A stretch of DNA of 64,000 nucleotides from Bdellovibrionales bacterium. GTDB taxonomy: Bacteria; Bdellovibrionota; Bdellovibrionia; Bdellovibrionales; JAKFYE01. A model generated the notes under the pieces. The model saw only the letters and a list, made by a program, of their open reading frames with translations, was not told where the DNA came from and made no database searches. How positions within the stretch are numbered: the first letter of the stretch is position 1; every line of letters starts with the position of its first letter. Position numbers and translations under genes: made by a program. This document shows, in pieces, positions 57,828 to 64,000 of the stretch. The stretch covers positions 226,338 through 290,337 of the forward strand of contig CBDBKL010000007.1 of NCBI GenBank assembly GCA_965206675.1, given 5' to 3'.

Positions 57828-57911
57828 AAGTTATCCCAATTTTGTGATAAAAACGGGCAAGAATGAAAGCCAAAAAGGTGCAATCGCTGTCATTGGTTTT
57901 GGAATAGGCTC
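57828..57911 (+). repeat. Family-3 repeat, copy 3d (short form, internal deletion)
   Basis: AAGTTATCCCAATTTTGTGATAAAAACGGG...GGTGCAATCGCTGTCATTGGTTTTGGAATAGGCTC. Occupies the whole 84-bp convergent gap between holA and rpsT. Confidence 0.8.
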
Positions 57912-58175
57912 TTAAGACAGTTTATGGACAGCAGTGGCTAGACGGCTGATTTTGCGAGAAGCTTTATTGGAATGAAAACATTTCTTTTGGGCTGCTTTTC
58001 CCATTTTAGAGGTTAATCTGTGAAAGAGGTTATCTGCTGTTTTTTTATCTTTGTCAGTAAGGGCTTTTTGAAGCTTTTTTTCAATAGTTCGTACCTCAGC
58101 TATGAGCCTGTGATTTATTTTTTGACGCTTTAGGTTCTGACGAGCACGTTTTTCTGCTGATTTATGATTTGCCAA
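57912..58175 (-). CDS. rpsT: 30S ribosomal protein S20
   Basis: MANHKSAEKRARQ N-terminus, 87 aa, basic. Confidence 0.95.
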   Translation of the reverse strand: MANHKSAEKRARQNLKRQKINHRLIAEVRTIEKKLQKALTDKDKKTADNLFHRLTSKMGKAAQKKCFHSNKASRKISRLATAVHKLS

Positions 58176-58234
58176 TGTAAACTCCTCTAAAATAGTTTTA
58201 TAATGATGGGCAAGCTAACATAGTCCTTTTTTTG

Positions 58235-59824
58235 ATGCAAGGAGATGGAATCATCAAAGAGAAGAGTAGGGAAGTTTTTCGAGCGGCCTCGGCAATGGCT
58301 TTGGGGACTTTGAGCAGCCGTATTTTGGGTCTTTTAAGGGATGTCGCCATGTCGGCCTTCCTGTCTCGTACGATGACAGATGCCTGGCTTGTAGCTTTCC
58401 GCATTCCTAACCTTTTTAGACGCCTTCTTGGGGAAGGGGCTTTAAATGTCAGCTTTATTCCTGTTTTCACAGATCTCATTATTAAAGGGAAATCGGATAT
58501 GTCTGAGGCTGAAAAATTAGTAGCAGCTCTCTTTACCCTGTTACTTTCGGTCATTTCAACCTTGATTGTATTAATTCTTATTTTTGCAGAGGAAGTGGTT
58601 TCTCTATTTGCGCCAGGGGAAGCCTATATACAAGTTTCAGGAAAAGTGGATATGACCGTGAGATGGACTCGTATAATGGCGGGGTTTCTTTTCTTTATTA
58701 TTATATATGCCTATTTTATGGCTATACTGAATAGCTTAAAATCTTTCATCTTACCTGCACTAGCTCCTCTTTTTCTCAATATAGCTATTATTGTAAGTTG
58801 TCTGTTGCCTTTAGATCTCGTAGGAGATTTAGGCGATAGTGTAGCCTGGGCTGTACTCATTGGAGGAGCACTTCAAGTTGTTATTTTAATACCTCTTTTA
58901 AAGCGTAAGGGATTTTTTCCTCGACTGTCTTTTCAATGGAAAAATCCTGCTTTAATTCTTGTTTTAAAGAATATGTTACCTGGCTTTATAGGGATGGCTG
59001 TTTTACAATTAACAGTTATCGTGAACACACGGTTTGCCAGTGAACTTCCAGAGGGGGCCAATTCCTGGATCTTTTGGGCAGATCGTCTCTTAGAATTACC
59101 CCTATCTTTATTTGCAGTCAGTTTAGGGACAGCTCTTTTACCCACTCTTTCGGAACTTTGGTCTAAAGGGGAGACGAAGGAAATGGGAAAAACGACAGCT
59201 CAATCTTTAAATATGATTATGTTACTGGCTATTCCCTGTGCTGTAGGATTTTATTTTCTATCCCTTCCTATTGTGCAGGTTATATTTCAACGGGCTCAGT
59301 TTACATTTTTTGACGCTGTTCAGACCGCTTTGGTTTTACAGGTTTATGCAGGAACAGTGATAACATACTCATGGGTTAGGGTTTTAGCTCCTGCTTTTTA
59401 TGCTATAAAAAACACCTGGTATCCTGCTTTAATAGGAATAATCTGTCTTATTATTCATGTCTTTTTAGCCCCTCATTTTATGGAAATTCATGGATTAAAA
59501 GGCCTACCTCTTTCAACACTAATAGTTTCCTTTTTGAATGGATTATTGCTTTATTTGGGTTATCTGATTTTTATTGGATCCTTTCCTCTTTTATCTCTTT
59601 GCAAGAATTTTATGAAGTATATATTTGCAGCTTTTATTATGTCTGGAATTATCCAGCTGTACTTTCCTCTTTTTCAGTTTTTAGGAACGGGATTTATAGC
59701 TAGGGCAGGCTCCTTATTTTTTATCATTGGAGTTTGTATATCTGTTTATTTTATTGTTTTAAAATTTCTCAATGTAGATGAAGTTTCTCTCTTATATAAC
59801 CGTATTCACAAGAGATTTTCTTAA
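58235..59824 (+). CDS. murJ: lipid II flippase MurJ (MviN)
   Basis: SRILGLLRD N-terminal motif and ~14 TM helices. ATG 58235 lies directly after the TTG track start 58232. Confidence 0.9.
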   Translation: MQGDGIIKEKSREVFRAASAMALGTLSSRILGLLRDVAMSAFLSRTMTDAWLVAFRIPNLFRRLLGEGALNVSFIPVFTDLIIKGKSDMSEAEKLVAALFTLLLSVISTLIVLILIFAEEVVSLFAPGEAYIQVSGKVDMTVRWTRIMAGFLFFIIIYAYFMAILNSLKSFILPALAPLFLNIAIIVSCLLPLDLVGDLGDSVAWAVLIGGALQVVILIPLLKRKGFFPRLSFQWKNPALILVLKNMLPGFIGMAVLQLTVIVNTRFASELPEGANSWIFWADRLLELPLSLFAVSLGTALLPTLSELWSKGETKEMGKTTAQSLNMIMLLAIPCAVGFYFLSLPIVQVIFQRAQFTFFDAVQTALVLQVYAGTVITYSWVRVLAPAFYAIKNTWYPALIGIICLIIHVFLAPHFMEIHGLKGLPLSTLIVSFLNGLLLYLGYLIFIGSFPLLSLCKNFMKYIFAAFIMSGIIQLYFPLFQFLGTGFIARAGSLFFIIGVCISVYFIVLKFLNVDEVSLLYNRIHKRFS

Positions 59825-59869
59825 AAAATAAATGAATAAAATATAAAATAAAGCGGAAGCAAAGGGTAC

Positions 59870-61135
59870 TTATCTGTCACCTATGAATAGAGAATATCTT
59901 CTTCCAGAGGGATCTAAATAGGACCTCAACCATTCAATAGAAGGAGAATCGGGTTTAACATGTGCCCCAGCCAGGTCATAAACCAACTGATCTGGGGTTA
60001 ACTGTAATTCAACACTTTTAACCAAGCCCATCTCAAATCGAGCTAAAAGATCGGCAATATAACTTTTAACTTTCTCTAGTTCTGTTTTATTCATATCAAG
60101 TGATTTTCTCAAATCAGTTAGAGTGTTTATGTGATAAGAAGGTGGTGATTCATTAATTGGGTCTAGTAGTTTTTCTGTGCGTAGGATAAAAGCTAATATT
60201 AATTGTGCATTCCTCAAATAACCGATAAGGTGTTCATCTCTTGAAGTGTTATAAACTGCTGGTATAGCACTTTGAGATAAACTATGGGGTAGTACGTTTG
60301 AAATATAATTAACTATATCCAAAAAGTGTTTAAATTTTTGATGTACCAAATCTCTTTCAACAGCACCTTGTCTTAATACAAATTGACTCTCATTGGCTAT
60401 CCAGTCATTTAATCTCGCGTCTAGTTCTTCAAATGATAAGCTTTGTAAACTATCTTTAAGTTCTTTTAAAGATGTTTGATTATCAAACAGTTCAGGTCGT
60501 AAAGCTCGTAATCTTGTCTCTGAACTCAATCGTCCAAGAGACATAGATTCTAGAATTTGAAATGAACGTTTTGGTATAGGATGGTTATGCTCAGAAGAAT
60601 CCCAATGATTTTTATTCAGATCTTTCTTTTGTTCTTTATAAATAGTTCTTACAGCAATCATAAACTCTGGACGTTGAGTTTGAGGGTCTACTCTTAAGTT
60701 CTCAGTCAAGTGTGCTAAATCATGGAGATAATATAATGCTGCTAAACCTACTGGCATATTGCCTTCTGCAACGAGTGAAACCCATTCGTGATGGAAAAGT
60801 CCAGTTAGTTCAGAAAGTTTCCAATGATGTGCATTAGGAATTTCATCTATTCCTGGGCGAAAGTTTCTTAACTCTCCATTTCTTTCAACTGATTCAAATT
60901 CAATTGATGCATAGATGGCTTCTGAGTTTTTCAATTGTCCATCTTCAATCATTTTTGAGACTCTACGATTATACATCTCCAAAGGAACCAAAAGATTTTC
61001 TGGAGGGATTATTTTTCTACCTTTTATCCTAAACCCCAGTTTTAAAAGAGTTTGGACATGATCGCTGTTAAATTTCTCTTTTTCTAATTTTTGTAACGAT
61101 GCAGACCATAGATTAGTTCCTTTAATTTTTTGCAT
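59870..61135 (-). CDS. hypothetical protein (421 aa, no family recognised)
   Basis: Long ORF with ordinary composition. 14-nt overlap with the upstream lipoprotein gene suggests translational coupling. Confidence 0.6.
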   Translation of the reverse strand: MQKIKGTNLWSASLQKLEKEKFNSDHVQTLLKLGFRIKGRKIIPPENLLVPLEMYNRRVSKMIEDGQLKNSEAIYASIEFESVERNGELRNFRPGIDEIPNAHHWKLSELTGLFHHEWVSLVAEGNMPVGLAALYYLHDLAHLTENLRVDPQTQRPEFMIAVRTIYKEQKKDLNKNHWDSSEHNHPIPKRSFQILESMSLGRLSSETRLRALRPELFDNQTSLKELKDSLQSLSFEELDARLNDWIANESQFVLRQGAVERDLVHQKFKHFLDIVNYISNVLPHSLSQSAIPAVYNTSRDEHLIGYLRNAQLILAFILRTEKLLDPINESPPSYHINTLTDLRKSLDMNKTELEKVKSYIADLLARFEMGLVKSVELQLTPDQLVYDLAGAHVKPDSPSIEWLRSYLDPSGRRYSLFIGDR

Positions 61136-61370
61136 TTTGGCTTCTAAGTTTTTTTATAGTGGCTTTTTGGCCTTTGGGGTCTGTGATTCTTTGATAGAGT
61201 TTTCTGCTATAAATGCTACAAATATTGACCCGAGCAGGGTGTCGCATAGGGTTTGTGAGCTGTACACCTTTTTCAGGTTGTGTGTTCTTAAAGGTTGAGC
61301 AGCCTGAAAGTGTAAAAATCAGCAATATTAACATTATTTTACTAATGTGTTGCATTCGAAAGAACATCAT
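61122..61370 (-). CDS. small basic lipoprotein
   Basis: MMFFRMQHISKIMLILLIFTLSGC signal with an LSGC lipobox. Start 61370 (or 61355) is preferred over track start 61472. Confidence 0.5.
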   Translation of the reverse strand: MMFFRMQHISKIMLILLIFTLSGCSTFKNTQPEKGVQLTNPMRHPARVNICSIYSRKLYQRITDPKGQKATIKKLRSQNAKN

Positions 61371-61530
61371 AACCCTTTCAAAATGATGAAATAAATAACC
61401 ATAAGCTTTTTCGGAAAAATTGGAGGGAAAATTAAAATAAAAAGGGATAAGGAAGGATTCAGACAGTTTCAAAGGTCACAAGTTCGTCTACCTCACTTTC
61501 ATTCGGTATACGTTCTTGCTTTGAAAACCC

Positions 61531-61674
61531 GAAAGAGAGAACTTTTTTTTTTAAGACTGAAAAAAAGCTCAGACAGTTCTGAGGGTTCGCAGCTCGTCTC
61601 TCCCTTCGGGAGATACGCCCTGCGCCTCAGAAAACTCGTTTTTTACAGTCTTAAAAAAGTTCTCTCTCTCTTTC
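61531..61674 (+). repeat. Family-2 rod-hairpin repeat, copy 2C (reference copy)
   Basis: Outer arms GAAAGAGAGAAC-T10-AAGACTG / CAGTCTT-A6-GTTCTCTCTCTCTTTC. Core GCTCAGACAGTTCTGAGGGTTCGCAGCTCGTCTCTCCCTTCGGGAGATACGCCCTGCGCCTCAGAAAACTCG. Confidence 0.88.
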
Positions 61675-61703
61675 TCTCAAAAATATTTCACAATTAGGGA
61701 GTT

Positions 61704-62489
61704 CTAAACGACACTATTTTTAACGTCTTTCCAAAGCCCCTCAAGCTGTTCAGTGGTAAGGTTTTTAAAATCCCAACCCTTTTCTTTAGCTAGTTTTTGC
61801 ATATGTATAAAACGTTTTTCAAAACGTTGGTTCATATTTCGCAAAGAGGATTCAGCATCAATCTGGCAATGTCTAGCAACTTGGACAAGAGAAAATAGGC
61901 AATCTCCAAGTTCATGTTCAATAGATTTAGGATCTTTTGAGTGCATAGCCTCTTTCAGTTCTTCCAATTCTTCTTCTAAATCACTAAAAACTTGCTCATT
62001 GGAATTCCAGTCAAAATTAAATATTTTAGAAATTTTTCCAACTTTCTGAGAATACATGAGGGCCGGAAGATTTTTAGGAATATCGAATCCATTTTGAAAA
62101 TCGGATTTCTTTTCAGTAGCTTTTATCTGTTCCCAATTTTTTAGAACGTCTTCTGAATTGTTAACCTTTACATCACCAAAAACATGGGGATGGCGATTTA
62201 TCATTTTTTTACATATAGATTCCACAACATCATTAATATCATATTCTCCAGATTCTCTTGCCATTTCACAATAAAATACAACTTGAAGTAAGAGATCTCC
62301 TAATTCACTAATGATATCTTCTTTTTCTTTACTTTCTATAGCCTCCATCAATTCATACGCCTCTTCAATAGTATGGGAGATAAGACTTTTAGGTGTCTGT
62401 TCTTTATCCCAAGGACAACCTTGAGGCCCTCTCAGGTGTTTCATTATTTGCAAAAGTGTTTCAAAACTTCTTAGATTTTCATATTTCAT
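61704..62489 (-). CDS. mazG: nucleoside triphosphate pyrophosphohydrolase MazG
   Basis: Two MazG domains (EEAYELMEAI, ELGDLLLQV / ELGDCLFSLV). Confidence 0.9.
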   Translation of the reverse strand: MKYENLRSFETLLQIMKHLRGPQGCPWDKEQTPKSLISHTIEEAYELMEAIESKEKEDIISELGDLLLQVVFYCEMARESGEYDINDVVESICKKMINRHPHVFGDVKVNNSEDVLKNWEQIKATEKKSDFQNGFDIPKNLPALMYSQKVGKISKIFNFDWNSNEQVFSDLEEELEELKEAMHSKDPKSIEHELGDCLFSLVQVARHCQIDAESSLRNMNQRFEKRFIHMQKLAKEKGWDFKNLTTEQLEGLWKDVKNSVV

Positions 62490-62633
62490 ACAAAACCCTC
62501 TATTCTTGAAAAGGTGGAATCTTCAAAAAAAGGCTTATAAAATTGATATTTCTCCTTAAAAAAGAGTGTATAAAGAATGTGCATTTTTTTTCAAAAGAAT
62601 ATATAAGAGAGTCTACTTGAAGTCTATGTAGAA

Positions 62634-63116
62634 ATGGAACTTAATTTGCAAAAAACAAGTGTAGAGTCTTTTATGAAGGTAGAAATTGTAAAAAAAGTAA
62701 GACACCGTATTCCACGTGCTTTTATTCTTTCTTGGATAAAAAGTATAAAAAAAGAGTTAGTATTAAGAGGGGAATCTGAAGTCAATAAAGATTTAACTGT
62801 TGTTTTTGTGTCAGAAAAAGAGATTAAGACATTAAATAGAAAATATAGAAATAAGAATAAGACGACTGATATTTTAAGTTTTGATCCTCTTGAAAAGAAT
62901 TCTCTTGGAGAACTGGTTCTCTGTATGGATGTTTTAAAAAAGAAGTTCTATTCTTACTCGATACAATACGGAATTGGGTATATGATTTTACACGGTATCC
63001 TTCATTTATTGGGCTACTCTCATGAAGATAATTCTTCTGAGAGTCAAAAAATGTTCAAGATTCAAGATGACGTGTTTTTTAAATTATGTAAGGATAGGGG
63101 ATGGCCTCTTCCTTAG
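62634..63116 (+). CDS. ybeY: rRNA maturation endoribonuclease YbeY
   Basis: HGILHLLGYSHED zinc motif. The start may be 62673. Confidence 0.88.
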   Translation: MELNLQKTSVESFMKVEIVKKVRHRIPRAFILSWIKSIKKELVLRGESEVNKDLTVVFVSEKEIKTLNRKYRNKNKTTDILSFDPLEKNSLGELVLCMDVLKKKFYSYSIQYGIGYMILHGILHLLGYSHEDNSSESQKMFKIQDDVFFKLCKDRGWPLP

Positions 63117-64000
63117 ATTTTTCTGACATGAAAAATGCCATTGGCGTATTAAAGTCTGTTTCTAAAGACTTAAGGGGGTTTCTTTGAAATTGATTCTAAA
63201 AAGCAGGAACTTAAAGAGGTTCTTGTAAAATTAGAAGATCCTAAAATTTGGGAAAATACGACTGAAACGCAAAATATTAATAAAAAAAGAGTTTTTTTAG
63301 AGAAATCTATTGAGGAATGGGAGAGCTTTAATAATCGAGTGGAAGATATTGATGTGCTTTTATCCATGGCTCAAGAAGAAAGTGATGAAGACTCACTCGT
63401 AGATTGTTTAAAAGAAATTAAACATTTAGAAAAAGTAGCAGAAAACCTTGAACTGAAAATCCTATTTGATGAAGAGATAGACCCTAAGAACGCCTATCTT
63501 TCCATTCATTCTGGAGCTGGGGGAACAGAGGCCTGTGATTGGGTATCTATGCTATCTCGTATGTATCAAAGATATGCAGAAAGTCAGAATTATAAAATAA
63601 GCACTTTAGAAAGAACAGACGGTGAGGAGGCGGGGATAAAATCAATTACTTTTCATGTGGAGGGTCCCTTAGCTTATGGGTATTTAAAATCTGAGACAGG
63701 GGTTCATCGGCTTGTTCGTATCAGCCCCTTTGATTCTAATGCACGAAGACATACCAGTTTTGCGGCTGTTTTTACTTGGCCTGAAATTGATGAAAATATT
63801 GAAATTGAAATACGGACTGAAGATATAAAAGTGGATACATATAGAGCTGGTGGTGCAGGGGGGCAGCATATTAATAAGACAGATTCAGCCGTTCGAATGA
63901 CTCATACTCCAACAGGTATTGTTGTTCAGTGCCAAAGCGAGCGGAGTCAACATGCCAATAGAGACAAAGCTATGAAAATGCTCCGTTCTGCTCTCTATGA
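63101..64000 (+). CDS. prfB: peptide chain release factor 2, programmed +1 frameshift; 3' end beyond window
   Basis: Frame 0 runs 63101-63184 ([28 protein letters not shown]) and ends at in-frame TGA 63185-63187. The +1 frame from 63186 encodes [12 protein letters not shown]...SPF...[10 protein letters not shown]...[12 protein letters not shown] to the window edge. This gene is absent from the ORF track. Confidence 0.92.
63173..63187 (+). promoter_or_regulatory. RF2 autoregulatory +1 frameshift site
   Basis: AGGGGG TTT CTT TGA: an internal SD-like AGGGGG, 3-nt spacer, slippery CTT and an in-frame TGA. The geometry matches the E. coli site AGGGGG TAT CTT TGA. Confidence 0.85.

Noticed and set aside
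58198-58554. 118-aa Arg/Lys-rich minus-strand ORF
   Set aside because: It is antisense to the well-supported 5' end of murJ, has low-complexity composition and shows no recognisable family.
61371-61472. Upstream extension of the small lipoprotein ORF (track start 61472)
   Set aside because: The extension encodes no signal sequence and would bury the lipobox ~55 aa into the protein. The internal ATG at 61370 (or 61355) gives a proper lipoprotein signal.
61561-61640. Family-2 GC-rich core as a single-copy housekeeping ncRNA (SRP, 6S, tRNA-like)
   Set aside because: It is present in three copies with different flanks and in both orientations. It has no cloverleaf and none of the conserved SRP or 6S motifs I can recall.
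63170-63869. Two minus-strand ORFs (63170-63367, 63684-63869) listed by the track
   Set aside because: They are antisense shadows of prfB, whose plus-strand product carries unmistakable RF2 motifs (SPF, GGQ).

Overview
This is a 64-kb, visibly AT-rich chromosomal core segment of a diderm bacterium (LptE, MurJ and beta-barrel OMP-like genes are present). The lineage cannot be fixed from sequence alone. The many secreted HExxH proteases, gldG and DUF5819/HTTM are reminiscent of Bdellovibrionota/Oligoflexia-type genomes, but that is a low-confidence guess. I call about 62 tightly packed protein genes, nearly all housekeeping:
- secG-tpiA-pgk-gap
- tatD-holB-tmk
- class I fba-lysS-tilS
- ftsH-cdaA-cdaR-glmM-pdxJ
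- tsaE
- nifS/iscS-mnmA-mtaB
- rnc-era-der
- two acyl-CoA dehydrogenases and a B12-binding mutase subunit
- trpS-scpA-scpB
- psd-ddl
- purA
- a serA-like/class V aminotransferase pair
- lptE-holA, rpsT, murJ, mazG
- ybeY-prfB

There are also two tRNAs (Lys-UUU and Glu-UUC). I see no rRNA, CRISPR/cas, integrase, transposase, phage genes or recognisable defence genes. The only classical accessory module is a higBA-like toxin-antitoxin pair.

The ORF track leaves two things unexplained.
1. Three unrelated families of intergenic nested-palindromic repeats, 14 copies in total. Their stems show compensatory changes. They occupy every non-divergent intergenic gap longer than about 120 bp and none of the divergent promoter gaps. 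This is the most interesting signal in the window. It looks like a set of REP/ERIC/RPE-like structured elements that I cannot match by eye to any named family.
2. prfB with its programmed +1 frameshift, which the track misses entirely.

Repeat boundaries are by-eye alignments, accurate to about 5 nt. No database or folding computation was possible.
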